A stretch of 40,769 bases of DNA from Thermoproteota archaeon (GCA_027491435.1 JAOZFG010000040.1:1-40769); one strand, 5' to 3'. Shown: positions 16,545-25,916, counted from the first letter of the stretch. The notes: generated from the letters alone by a model not told the origin. Numbers and translations are program-made.

Positions 16545-17012
16545 GTGAAAGTGCTCAAGAGTGTCAGGAAGAAGGCGAAAAAGAGGCAGTTGGCCGTGAT
16601 CGTTGATGGGCCCAACATACTTAGGAGGGATTTGGGGATAGACCTTGAACAGGTCAGGCAGTTGGTGGAGAGCGAAGGCAGGCCCAGAATAGCTGTCGTC
16701 GTGTTGGACAGGAAGGCTCCGGAGAAGCTTGTGGAGGCCGTGATAAACGCGGGTTTCAAGCCCCTCATATCCACTAGCAAGGTGGAGGTAGACTTCACGA
16801 TAGCTTCGATGGAGGCGATATACGACGAGAAAGTAGACGCCTTGGTGCTGGTCACAAGGAGCGCCGCCTACCTGCCGATAGTTCATAAGGCCAAGGAGAG
16901 AGGAAAGGAGGTACTGGTAGTGGGGGCCGAGCCGGGCTTCAGCACAGCCCTCAAGAAGACAGCAGACGTTACTGTCTTACTTCCAACCTCGCCCTCTGAA
17001 GATCTCTCCTAG
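16545..17012 (+). CDS. NYN/PIN-domain protein (TIGR00288-like) with degenerate acidic catalytic residues
   Basis: VDGPNILR and GAEPGFSTAL are present, but RSAAY replaces RDADF and KVE replaces DVD. Confidence 0.8.
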   Translation: MKVLKSVRKKAKKRQLAVIVDGPNILRRDLGIDLEQVRQLVESEGRPRIAVVVLDRKAPEKLVEAVINAGFKPLISTSKVEVDFTIASMEAIYDEKVDALVLVTRSAAYLPIVHKAKERGKEVLVVGAEPGFSTALKKTADVTVLLPTSPSEDLS

Positions 17013-18071
17013 CTTTATAGTTGTAAAGAACGATATGACTATCATCACGAAGGTAATCCCGACGTTCATGAGGAAGCTTAGAAGACCAATGCTCCCCTCC
17101 ATGTATAGGGCTAGGGAGTAAAGTATCGCCCAGAGGGCAAGCACCAAAGTCGCCCCGAATATCTTCTCGAACGCGTTAACCTTGTTCTCAGCTATACTTT
17201 CTATGGCCCCCCCTAGGAACATGACTATGAGGGATAGGGCAGTAAGCCAGCCCACCTCTATCATGACTCTAGCTACCATTATCTCCACGGGGTAGTTCTG
17301 AGCCGTGAGGACTAAGGTCCTTGAAAAGCCCAGGTAGAAGGATATTACCATTAGGATTATACCCAGCATTAGGGAGTAGAGCCCCAACCTACTCCCGAAG
17401 TACTGCACCCCCTCTTTTACTTTGGATCCTATCCCGAAGGCCCTATCTAGCAAGACCATTCCGGCTACTATGCCGGCCCCTACATAGAGGTACCTTTGAA
17501 GGCCCATCAATAAGAACAGGGCTGAAAGTATGAGCAGGATTCCTGGGATGCCCAAGACCAGGGCTCTAGAGGTGGGGCTGCTCAGGAGCTTCTCCAGGTA
17601 CCTCTTTATCAGTATGTAGGTGTGCTCCAGTTCCCTGCTCTGTTGGACTATTACCCTTCTAACCCCCATTATCTCAGCGTAGTTGTTGAGAAGTGGTATC
17701 ACCAGCTCGTCATCGGCCCCATCAGACACAAGGATTATCTTAGTGGGTTTAAAGGACTTGGCAACCTGGGAAAGTTGCCTCGCTATCTCTATATCGGCAA
17801 GGTTTTCGTTCTCCGAATGGCCAGTTATCGTGACTACCTCGACCTCGGCATCCCCGTCGAAGATGCTCTTAACCTCGTCGTAAACCTTAACCGCCCCGAA
17901 TATGGCGTTCGCATCCGCCTCAGTAGGATCAGCCAGTGCTAGCTTGCTTGCCGCCTCTAGGTTCCTCTCCCTTCCAACAACTGGGCCTTTTATCCCCGTC
18001 TTCACGCCCAGATCGTCGTCTCTGTCGACGCATACCACCAAGATCCTTTCTTTTTCTTCAAGATCGGGCAT
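16977..18071 (-). CDS. DUF373-family membrane protein
   Basis: VCVDRDDDLG, DPTEADANAIF, VSDGADDE, VQQS...E.TY, then multiple TMs. Confidence 0.85.
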   Translation of the reverse strand: MPDLEEKERILVVCVDRDDDLGVKTGIKGPVVGRERNLEAASKLALADPTEADANAIFGAVKVYDEVKSIFDGDAEVEVVTITGHSENENLADIEIARQLSQVAKSFKPTKIILVSDGADDELVIPLLNNYAEIMGVRRVIVQQSRELEHTYILIKRYLEKLLSSPTSRALVLGIPGILLILSALFLLMGLQRYLYVGAGIVAGMVLLDRAFGIGSKVKEGVQYFGSRLGLYSLMLGIILMVISFYLGFSRTLVLTAQNYPVEIMVARVMIEVGWLTALSLIVMFLGGAIESIAENKVNAFEKIFGATLVLALWAILYSLALYMEGSIGLLSFLMNVGITFVMIVISFFTTIKLGEIFRGRGWK

Positions 18072-18105
18072 CCCAAACTCTTAACCGTCTTAAAATAAAA
18101 AGGGT

Positions 18106-19011
18106 TCAGGGACTTTTGATCTCCTCCAGGAGGCCTACCTCGTAAAGTATCCTCAGTTCCTCTATGGAAAGCTTCTCCCCGGCCTTATACTTCTTGAGGG
18201 CCTCCTCGGCTAATTTCTTCTTTAACTTCTCTTCTACCTCTCTACTAGTTGCAACCATTGTCTCAAACTTCTTTCTTATCTGCTCCTGAAGCTCCTTCAC
18301 TTGACCTCTCAGTTCCTCAAGCTCCTTCTTCATCTCATCTACCTTGGCGCTTCTCTCCTGAATCTCCGAGTTTATTCCCTCTATTTCGGATCTCACCCTA
18401 TCGAGCTCCTCCTTCAGAGCGGATATCTTGTTGTAGATCTCGCTTAGCCTCTCCCTTATCTCCCCTATCTTTTCCCCAGAATCCCTGACGAAAAACCTCC
18501 ATTTCTCCACCTCGGCCATTACCTCTATGAGCTTTCTCTTTATTGCCTTAGCCCTGTTTAGGTTTTGGAGTAGAGCCTCGTAGTGACTTATCTGCATCAC
18601 TATTTCCCTCTCCTGATCTTTGTTTAGGGGAGCCGTCTCTATCCTCCTCTCCAGCCTGGCTATCCTCTTCCTAATGACCCTTTCGGGCAACCCTACTGAC
18701 TCAACTAGGAGTTCATACTCGTTCCTCAACTTGTTAGCCTCTTCCTTGGCCTTTCTGAAGTTCTCCAAGGCCTTCTTCCTTTCCTCCCTGAGCTTATTCA
18801 ACTCGCTCTGTAGCTTTCTTTTCTCATCTATTATTTGCCTGAGCTCTTCCCTCTTATTTCTCACGTATTCTATTAACTCAGATTTCCTGTTCCTGAGTTC
18901 TCTGAGCTCCTCTATTAGCTTTCTCCGTTGCTCACGAAGCTCATTCAACTTCCTCTTAAGCTCCCTTTCTTTCTGTCTAAGATCATTTATGGTACTCTCC
19001 GTTGCGGACAT
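18106..19011 (-). CDS. Archaeal coiled-coil protein (COG1340-like)
   Basis: E/K/R-rich heptads, central LERRIET..L....E..IV..I, C-terminal K.GEKLSIEEL. Confidence 0.75.
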   Translation of the reverse strand: MSATESTINDLRQKERELKRKLNELREQRRKLIEELRELRNRKSELIEYVRNKREELRQIIDEKRKLQSELNKLREERKKALENFRKAKEEANKLRNEYELLVESVGLPERVIRKRIARLERRIETAPLNKDQEREIVMQISHYEALLQNLNRAKAIKRKLIEVMAEVEKWRFFVRDSGEKIGEIRERLSEIYNKISALKEELDRVRSEIEGINSEIQERSAKVDEMKKELEELRGQVKELQEQIRKKFETMVATSREVEEKLKKKLAEEALKKYKAGEKLSIEELRILYEVGLLEEIKSP

Positions 19012-19201
19012 TGTTCATCTCCTACTACCAGTTCATTAAGGGCCGGTATAAGCTCTAGGACCATATTAAAAAGTGTTTGGTTTGGGCGTGCGTTTCTGAC
19101 GGTGACAGGTTTTGCGAATTCAGCAAAGTTAGGAACCTTTATAAGTGTCCTAGGCGCAGGCGCGCTCTCCTTTAAAAAGGTCTTGCAGTAATAAAGGGGA
19201 G

Positions 19202-20305
19202 ATGAACGTCAGGGGGATAGCGCCACAGGCAACGATAGCAGCTCTAACCGGGCTAGGTGACATGATAGCAGGCCTTATACTGGCCATCTACTTTCCCTCA
19301 GAGGTGGGTTGGGCCGCGCTGCTTTACCCCCCTATAATAGGGGTAAGGGGGGCCGTATCTGGATCTTTGACCGGCAGGCTGTCCTCGGCCTTAAACGTCG
19401 GTATGATAAGGCCGAGGTTCAGGGAGAACACTGAAAGGTTCTACGAGATAGTGAGCAGCACTATGATGGCCTCATTCCTAGCCGCCTTGATCTCCTCTGT
19501 TATAGCCATATCTTCGGCGACGGCCTTATCAATAGAGTACAACCCCCTAGACGTCCTGTCCATCTCACTCCTGTGCGTCACTGGAACCACTACCTTGCTG
19601 ATCCCAGTGAACCTGTTAACCTCATTCACGGCGTTTAAAAGGGACCTGGACCCAGATGTGGTGTTATATCCTACGATGTCGACGTTAGCCGACATCTTGG
19701 TGACCTTGACCTTCATAGGCAGCATGAAGTATAGGGGCACCCCGACCTACGTTGTGGCAGTCCTCTTCGCTTCCTTCGCTGTGGGGTACTTCTTGATGCA
19801 TGGAAGAGGGGTCAGGGACTTGGTAGAGGTAATGATCGCTTCAGTGATAGTATTGATTCTCGAGGGATTGGCAGGATCCCTGCTGGAGAGCGTGAAATAC
19901 GGTTTGAGCCCGGCCGTGCTCCTGCTCTACCCGGCTATGATGACGGAAGTAGGGGATAGCGTCTCCATAGTTGGATCCCTCATGACTACAAGGCTCATCT
20001 TGGGCTCCACCAGCAAGATCCCCCTTCTTGACGTCAAAGATGAAGTCCTGGGGATTTTTCTGATCTTTTCCACCTTCTTTGGGTTTATGGGGGTATTATC
20101 CTCTTTTTTAGGAGGCAATCCCTTGTATGGGCTGATAGTGTTCCTGATATCCTTCCCGGCCACCTTGCTGATCACGACCGCTGTCATAATAGGCACTAAG
20201 GGGAGGGCGGATCCCGACAACTTCGTCATACCTATCTCAAGCTCGGCCGCCGACTTGGTGACTACGGGGACCATAGCTTTGATCATCAGAATAGGCCTGA
20301 TATAA
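19202..20305 (+). CDS. MgtE-family divalent cation transporter, membrane domain (duplicated)
   Basis: G...GRLSSAL..G, DLDPD...P..T.AD, and a second repeat DPDNFVIP..SS.AD. Confidence 0.85.
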   Translation: MNVRGIAPQATIAALTGLGDMIAGLILAIYFPSEVGWAALLYPPIIGVRGAVSGSLTGRLSSALNVGMIRPRFRENTERFYEIVSSTMMASFLAALISSVIAISSATALSIEYNPLDVLSISLLCVTGTTTLLIPVNLLTSFTAFKRDLDPDVVLYPTMSTLADILVTLTFIGSMKYRGTPTYVVAVLFASFAVGYFLMHGRGVRDLVEVMIASVIVLILEGLAGSLLESVKYGLSPAVLLLYPAMMTEVGDSVSIVGSLMTTRLILGSTSKIPLLDVKDEVLGIFLIFSTFFGFMGVLSSFLGGNPLYGLIVFLISFPATLLITTAVIIGTKGRADPDNFVIPISSSAADLVTTGTIALIIRIGLI

Positions 20306-21023
20306 CGGAGGCCACCTTCTCAGGGTCGGGCACCCCATACAACGAGAGGAACGTCCTGGCCCTAGGTACCGCTACGGTCCTGCCGCCGGCCACCCCTACC
20401 TCAAACCTGTGAACCTTGATGGAGGTGCCAGCCAAGGCTAGATCCTGACCTACACCAAGGCCTGACGCCGTTAGGGGTATGACGTGTCCGAACCCGAAGA
20501 GCCTTCCTAACAAGGGTATCTCAACCACCAAATCGTTTATCTTAGACACGGGAAGCTCCCTGGACTTCACGGATAAGAACCTTAGCTCCGTGATTATCCT
20601 CTTGTTGGTAACGTAGTAGTGGTGGGCCCTCCTGTAAAGATCCGTGGTGGAGAGGCCTATCAAAGCCGTCATGATTTCAGGAATCCAGAGGGGATAGCCC
20701 ATCCGATCGAGGATCGCTGAGGCCCCTGCTAGGGCCAGCGAGATAAAGGCCCACCTCCAAGATATCCTGAGCAGCGAGTAGGCAGTTAGGGGTACTATCA
20801 GGGCCAGGGCTAAGGCCAATAGCTTGAGGTAGGGGCCCGAGATCAGTTTGTTCAGTAATGGTATATGAGATTCATCGTAAATAAAGCCAAAATAAAGCCC
20901 GACCAGCATGATGTAAGAGAAGACCAGGTAAAGCGACGCGAAGGCCAGCGGGTGAGGCCTCAGGTCAAGCAAAAGCTCTTCATCCTTTCCTAGCTTCATT
21001 GAGCTAACTCGGAGACTACCCAA
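20286..21023 (-). CDS. Membrane protein with bacterial PH (bPH_2) domain
   Basis: N-terminal L.L.LRPHP, TMs, YYVTNKRII, LLGRLFGFG.V, YGVPDP. Confidence 0.75.
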   Translation of the reverse strand: MGSLRVSSMKLGKDEELLLDLRPHPLAFASLYLVFSYIMLVGLYFGFIYDESHIPLLNKLISGPYLKLLALALALIVPLTAYSLLRISWRWAFISLALAGASAILDRMGYPLWIPEIMTALIGLSTTDLYRRAHHYYVTNKRIITELRFLSVKSRELPVSKINDLVVEIPLLGRLFGFGHVIPLTASGLGVGQDLALAGTSIKVHRFEVGVAGGRTVAVPRARTFLSLYGVPDPEKVASVISGLF

Positions 21024-21059
21024 ATAAAGTTATCTAGATACGGAGTGCGGATGAAATGG

Positions 21060-21078
21060 TCACATTTATTAAACGTGA
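21060..21078 (+). promoter_or_regulatory. Near-perfect palindrome overlapping the TATA box of the V4R gene
   Basis: TCACATTTATTAAACGTGA has 8 of 9 arm pairs matching. Its TTTATTAA core lies 22-29 nt before ATG 21094, and there is no SD (leaderless). Confidence 0.45.
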
Positions 21079-21093
21079 GATCACAATAACATT

Positions 21094-21597
21094 ATGCGGG
21101 AGCTGAAGGAGATATACATAAAGGATGGTGGCCTGATCAGTTTTAAGAGGGATGTTGACGTCATACTGTTGACCCATAAGACGTTTGGTTCCTTCATCAA
21201 GGCAATTTATGAGATAATAGGTAAGGCCGGTTACAAGACGACTACTTACATGCAGGGTCGACTATCCTCCCTAGGGGTTAGTGAATTCATAGAGAAGCAT
21301 TACGGTGGATTCCAGGGGATTCCCGAGCTCTACAGAGAAATCGGCTGGGGAGAGATAAAGATAGTGAAAGATGGAGATAACATGGTGTTTGAGTGGTCTA
21401 ATAATCCTGTAGCCCTGGCTTTAAAGGCTAAGGGCGTAAATAGCGATGAACCCATGTGCTACTTCACAGCTGGCTACGTACACGGTTTGGTTGAGGGCCT
21501 TTTGGGGGGTAAAAAAGTCAAGAGGGTTGTGGAGGAGACGTGCGTAGTGAAGGGAGACGACAAGTGCACCTTCAGGGTCGAGTTTGAGGAGGGTTAG
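21094..21597 (+). CDS. Stand-alone V4R-domain protein
   Basis: GWG, PMCYFTAGYV.G, EETCVVKGDDKCTF. Confidence 0.85.
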   Translation: MRELKEIYIKDGGLISFKRDVDVILLTHKTFGSFIKAIYEIIGKAGYKTTTYMQGRLSSLGVSEFIEKHYGGFQGIPELYREIGWGEIKIVKDGDNMVFEWSNNPVALALKAKGVNSDEPMCYFTAGYVHGLVEGLLGGKKVKRVVEETCVVKGDDKCTFRVEFEEG

Positions 21598-22868
21598 ATG
21601 AGGACCTCCTCATCCACCTCCGGTGAGAAGGCCGACACCCCCTCCTTCTCTTCCAATTCATTGGCAAACCTTTCTGAATCCTCTCCGTGAACCACCATGA
21701 CGCCTGATGGTTTCACCGCAGATATGAGCTTCATTATCCCTGACCTGCTGGCGTGAGCTGAGAAGTTGAGCTGATTTACCCTCATCAATATCCACTTATC
21801 CTCGCCGTCTATTTCCACCCTGCCCTCTTCTAGAAGCCTTCTGCCCTCGGTACCCTCTATCTGATAGCCTGTTAGCGTTATTGAGCTGTTCTCATCCTCT
21901 CCTCTCTCCTTGAGGTAGTAGTGAACAGGCCCTCCCTCAATCATGCCGGAGGTCGTGAGTATCACTGAGGGCCTCTTGGCGACCTTCTTCCTCATCTCCC
22001 AGTTCTTCACGAAGGTTATCTCTCTAGTAACGAGGGCCATCTCGCTATAATCCCTGACCCTTTCAGGGTAGCCCTCAGTTATCTCCGTGCTCTTCCTGGC
22101 CATCCCGTCAAGATAGAGCCTTCCCCTGAATCCCTGAGCCTTGAGTGCCATTGCCACCTCTAAAAGCCTTCCTATGGCGAAACCTGCCACTATGGCGGTT
22201 CCCCCAGACTTAATCGTGTCCAACACGACGTGCTTTAGCAAGCGCTCCTGCTTGTCCCTGGGAGGATGCTCTTTAAAGGCGTAGGTGGACTCTGTTATCA
22301 GGAAGTCAGTTTTGGGGATCTCTTCTACGTCGGCAGCTGGCATGAGCCTGCTCTCCACCGTGTTGAAATCGCCCGTGTAGAGGAGCGTGCTGCTATCATA
22401 CTTTATGTAGAACATGGCGCTTCCCGGTATGTGACCGGCGTTGTAAGCGGTTATCTCCAGGTCTCCTACTCTGAAGGGAACTCCATATTCTATGGGCCTG
22501 AAGTTATTCAGAACCCCCCTGACCTCCTCAGGCCCATACCCCAACGAGTGACCCTTTATCTTAGCCACCTTGATGGCGTCGTACAGCAGTATTTCCGAGT
22601 AGTCCCTGGTTATATCCAATCCGTAAACTGGGGGAGTCCTGCCCTTCCTGTACAGCCTGGGTATTGAGCCTGAGTGGTCCAGGTGTGCGTGAGATAGCAG
22701 TATAGCGTCTACTTCCTCATCTAAGAGCGGCGGGAACTGTGGGTGCTCTTTGGGTATCAACTTCATCCCATAGTCCAACAACACACGAGTCTTACCAGTA
22801 TCCAGGAGGATGGCACTTCTGCCAACTTCTCTAGTGCCTCCTAGCACCCTTATCGTCAGCTTGCTCAT
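21594..22868 (-). CDS. Metallo-beta-lactamase/beta-CASP ribonuclease (aCPSF2-like, no KH domains)
   Basis: LGG.REVGRS, SHAHLDHSG, GHIPGS, TGDF, ESTY, FSAHA, VHGE. Confidence 0.9.
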   Translation of the reverse strand: MSKLTIRVLGGTREVGRSAILLDTGKTRVLLDYGMKLIPKEHPQFPPLLDEEVDAILLSHAHLDHSGSIPRLYRKGRTPPVYGLDITRDYSEILLYDAIKVAKIKGHSLGYGPEEVRGVLNNFRPIEYGVPFRVGDLEITAYNAGHIPGSAMFYIKYDSSTLLYTGDFNTVESRLMPAADVEEIPKTDFLITESTYAFKEHPPRDKQERLLKHVVLDTIKSGGTAIVAGFAIGRLLEVAMALKAQGFRGRLYLDGMARKSTEITEGYPERVRDYSEMALVTREITFVKNWEMRKKVAKRPSVILTTSGMIEGGPVHYYLKERGEDENSSITLTGYQIEGTEGRRLLEEGRVEIDGEDKWILMRVNQLNFSAHASRSGIMKLISAVKPSGVMVVHGEDSERFANELEEKEGVSAFSPEVDEEVLI

Positions 22869-22971
22869 CTGAAACACCTCTCCAGCGGGCCTCGTTTTTC
22901 AGGCCCTTACATGACTTCGCAACAAGAGTGCCTTTTAAAAGTGATCCTGAGCCTAGAAGTTGGTGATAACC

Positions 22972-23307
22972 TTGGCCGGTTACGTCTCCTTCTCGGAGTT
23001 CAAGAAGCTGGACATAAGGGTTGGCGAGATAATATCGGCGGAGAGAATACCTGGCTCAAGGAAGCTGCTTAAGCTAAAGGTTAACCTGGGAAGCGAGGAG
23101 AGGCAGCTGGTAGCTGGATTAGCCGAGCATTATACTCCAGAAGAGCTCGTTGGAAAGCAGATCGTGGTCTTAACTAACCTACAACCCAGGAAGTTCATGG
23201 GGGTTGAATCCCAAGGCATGCTTTTGGCTGCAGTAGTAGGTGAGGAGGGGAAGCCTGTCTTGCTAGCGCCCGAGAAAAAGGTTCCGCCAGGGAGCCCTGT
23301 CTCATAG
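22972..23307 (+). CDS. Stand-alone tRNA-binding OB protein (MetRS C-terminal/Trbp111/CsaA family)
   Basis: F.KLDIRVG.I, KLLKL.V.LG, NLQPRKFMGVESQGMLLAA. TTG 22972 follows GGTGA. Confidence 0.88.
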   Translation: MAGYVSFSEFKKLDIRVGEIISAERIPGSRKLLKLKVNLGSEERQLVAGLAEHYTPEELVGKQIVVLTNLQPRKFMGVESQGMLLAAVVGEEGKPVLLAPEKKVPPGSPVS

Positions 23308-23712
23308 CTCGTCCTCCTTAACTCCCAATATCCTGTAAACCATTACTCCCTCTTCCCCTATCTTCTCGAAGTCCAGGTAGGCTAACCCCTTCCTCTCCAG
23401 GGATTTCAAAACCTCCTCAGCCACTTCCACCGGGACGTTGAGGGCTGAGGCCACCTCTGCCACCGTGACCTTGCCCCCTGACCTCTTGGCATACCTTATC
23501 ACCTCAACTTCGAGCATCTTCCTCCTCTGTTCTATCTCCCTACCCTTGACCGCGAAGTAAAGCAGGGCGCCGGCCACTAGTAACATGAACAGCCCAGGGA
23601 CAACCCTTATCGGCTCGTACACTGAGGCTATCATGAAGATAATCCCCAAGAAGGCCAGCACCGCCGATAAAAAGTAGGAAATGGCCCTGAGGAGTGACAT
23701 CCCTTCACTCAC
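23302..23712 (-). CDS. Two-TM membrane protein with C-terminal winged-helix domain (alternative start ATG 23700)
   Basis: Two hydrophobic helices, then GKVTVAEVASALNVPVEVAEEVLKSLERKGL...G.MVY. Directly follows pspA. Confidence 0.72.
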   Translation of the reverse strand: MSEGMSLLRAISYFLSAVLAFLGIIFMIASVYEPIRVVPGLFMLLVAGALLYFAVKGREIEQRRKMLEVEVIRYAKRSGGKVTVAEVASALNVPVEVAEEVLKSLERKGLAYLDFEKIGEEGVMVYRILGVKEDEL

Positions 23713-24412
23713 CTAGCTCGGCCTTTAGCCTCCTCAACTCCTCCTCCACGGAGCTCTCTATCTTTATTTTGTCCAGCTCCCTCTCTATCTCATCCTTCTC
23801 CTCAGGCTCTAGTACGTCTAAAGCTCCTCCTGTGGCTAGAAGTTCATCTAGAGCTGCTGCCCTGGCCTTCATCTCCTCTATCTTGCTCTCTGCCCTCTCT
23901 ATAGCCATTCCAGCCGAAGCCATGTCATCTCCTAGGCCTGTGATCATCTCCTGAACCTCAACCTGCGCCTTTGAGACCTCGTATTCCGCCTTTAACTGCT
24001 CCTTTTTAGCCTTGAAGAGGTCGACCTTAGTCTTCAGCTTATCCCTTATCTCCTTGAGCTTCTCCTCATCCTCTTTCATGTCAGCTATCTTCTTTTCGAG
24101 GACCTCTTTCTGGTTCATTAGGACGTGCTTTCTCTCAAGAGCCTTTCTAGCTAAGTCTTCCCTTCCCATCTTAAGCGCTTGTTTAGCTTTTTCCTCAAGA
24201 TCACTTATCTTCTCATTTATTCTCTCCAGCTCGAACTCTAGCTTCTTCCTAGCGGCGATAGCTCTAGCTAGGGACATGTCAACGTTGTGAAGCTGTTGAA
24301 CCAGTTTATCATAGGCGTAGTCGAGCTGCTCCCGGGGATCTTCAAAGCTTTCCAAAAGTTTGTTGAGTTTGGCCTCTATGCTGGCCTTTAGCCTGTCCCA
24401 AAAACCAGTCAT
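23705..24412 (-). CDS. pspA: PspA/IM30 (Vipp1; ESCRT-III superfamily) protein
   Basis: Amphipathic MTGFWDRLK, EDPREQL, GREDLARKAL, KIEEMKARAAALDEL, VEEELRRLKAEL. Confidence 0.9.
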   Translation of the reverse strand: MTGFWDRLKASIEAKLNKLLESFEDPREQLDYAYDKLVQQLHNVDMSLARAIAARKKLEFELERINEKISDLEEKAKQALKMGREDLARKALERKHVLMNQKEVLEKKIADMKEDEEKLKEIRDKLKTKVDLFKAKKEQLKAEYEVSKAQVEVQEMITGLGDDMASAGMAIERAESKIEEMKARAAALDELLATGGALDVLEPEEKDEIERELDKIKIESSVEEELRRLKAELGE

Positions 24413-24472
24413 CGCATCACCTGCTAAATTGTCCAATCTTCGATTAAAAACCTCTGCCTATTTTTAGGTCTG

Positions 24473-25840
24473 TTACCTAAGCCTGGTGCCTAGCTCTACC
24501 ATCCTCTTCACCACCGATGAGGCTCTCTCTGGGGTTGAGTATACTGGAATCCCACCCTTCTCAAGCCTGAGCAAGGATTCCTTAACCACCTCGTTGGTGG
24601 GAACTGCTACGGCTACTACAGGTATGTCTATCCTGCTCTTCAACTCAAAAAGCGCCTTTTCAACCTCGCCGGGCCTCATACCGGGAACTCCGAACAGGGG
24701 TATCAGGTAGAGCACGTCAAACTCGCCGCTCTCAGCGAAGGCTAGGCCAGTCTCCAGGAATTGTTCTGGAGTAGAATCTCCAGTCAAGTCCGTCGGGTTT
24801 CCAACCGGGTAGTAAGGAGGGAGCATGGCTCTTAACTTCTCCTCGAGCTCCCTCGAAGGTTTGGGCACCCTTAACCCCTTAGCCTCTAGGGAGTCTACCG
24901 CTATTATGCCGAAGCCCCCTCCATTTGTTATCACGCCTACTCTATCGCCCTTAGGTAGAGGTTGGCTTGCTAGGGCTATAGGCACGTCCACGAACTCCTC
25001 CAGGGTTTCCACAACCACGGCCCCTCCCTGCCTGGCTGCAGCTTCAAATACCCTGCTGCTTCCCGCTATGGAGCCCGTGTGGCTCCTGACGACCCTGTCC
25101 CCTGACTGCGTTCTCCCTCCCTTGAGCACGACTACCGGCTTCCTTCTAGTCGCCTCCTTCAGCGTCTCTAGGAACCTCCGCCCGTCGTCAACTCCTTCTA
25201 TGTATGCGGCTATCACTGAGGTGTCTTCGTCCTCTGCCAGATAACTTATGAGGTCGGACTCGTTAACGTCCGCCTTGTTTCCATAGCTGATGAACTTGCT
25301 TATGCCCCTCCCCTGCTGGTATATCCAAGTGAGTAGGAAGCTCCCCAAACTCCCGCTCTGAGTTATTATAGAGACCTTCCCAGGATGAGGTCTGGGTATC
25401 ATCTCCTCAGGGAGGAACAGCGTGTCCACCCTGTTCTTCGGATCGTATACTCCTAGGCAGTTGGGGCCTATAACCCTGATCCCGTACTCCTTAGATATCC
25501 TCTTGATCTCAAGCTCGGGCTCAACATTACCTATCTCAGAGAAGCCCCCTGACACAACTATGGCCGCTTTTACCCCCTTCTTAGCAGCGTTCTCGAGTGC
25601 TCTAGGAGCCAGGTCGGCCCTCAAAACTATGACGGCCATATCCACCTGGTCAGGTATATCCTCAATCGAAGGATAGCTCTTCAGGCCCATTACTTCCTCA
25701 GCCTTCGGGTTTACCGGGTAAACCCTGCCGGGATAGCCTATCTCGATCAGCCTCCTGAGCACAACGTTGCCTATCTTCTGAGGGTCTCTGGAGGCCCCGA
25801 TAACTGCCACAGAGCTTGGTTTGAAGAAGTAGTCTAGCAT
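24473..25840 (-). CDS. acdA: Acetate/acyl-CoA ligase (ADP-forming) alpha subunit
   Basis: P.SVAVIGAS, GPNCLG, QSG, SHTGS phospho-His, NGGG.G, NP.DLTG. Confidence 0.9.
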   Translation of the reverse strand: MLDYFFKPSSVAVIGASRDPQKIGNVVLRRLIEIGYPGRVYPVNPKAEEVMGLKSYPSIEDIPDQVDMAVIVLRADLAPRALENAAKKGVKAAIVVSGGFSEIGNVEPELEIKRISKEYGIRVIGPNCLGVYDPKNRVDTLFLPEEMIPRPHPGKVSIITQSGSLGSFLLTWIYQQGRGISKFISYGNKADVNESDLISYLAEDEDTSVIAAYIEGVDDGRRFLETLKEATRRKPVVVLKGGRTQSGDRVVRSHTGSIAGSSRVFEAAARQGGAVVVETLEEFVDVPIALASQPLPKGDRVGVITNGGGFGIIAVDSLEAKGLRVPKPSRELEEKLRAMLPPYYPVGNPTDLTGDSTPEQFLETGLAFAESGEFDVLYLIPLFGVPGMRPGEVEKALFELKSRIDIPVVAVAVPTNEVVKESLLRLEKGGIPVYSTPERASSVVKRMVELGTRLR

Positions 25841-25916
25841 GTTCCCTACTGATTGACCAGCGAGTTTATAAAAGGGTCACTACGCTTAAATTGGCTAACC
25901 GCGCTCCCTGTCTCGG

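Noticed and set aside
16226-16886. Minus-strand ORFs of 209 aa and 126 aa
   Set aside because: They overlap tfs and the NYN gene, which have clear motifs. Their composition is typical of shadow frames.
18106-19011. Repetitive CT-rich DNA suggesting a repeat array or SMC/ESCRT protein
   Set aside because: It is explained by E/K/R coiled-coil codons. There is no ATPase motif and no exact repeats.
22886-22908. GAAA-containing hairpin as an archaeal SECIS element
   Set aside because: The stem is too short, and no neighbouring gene has an in-frame TGA at a Cys position.
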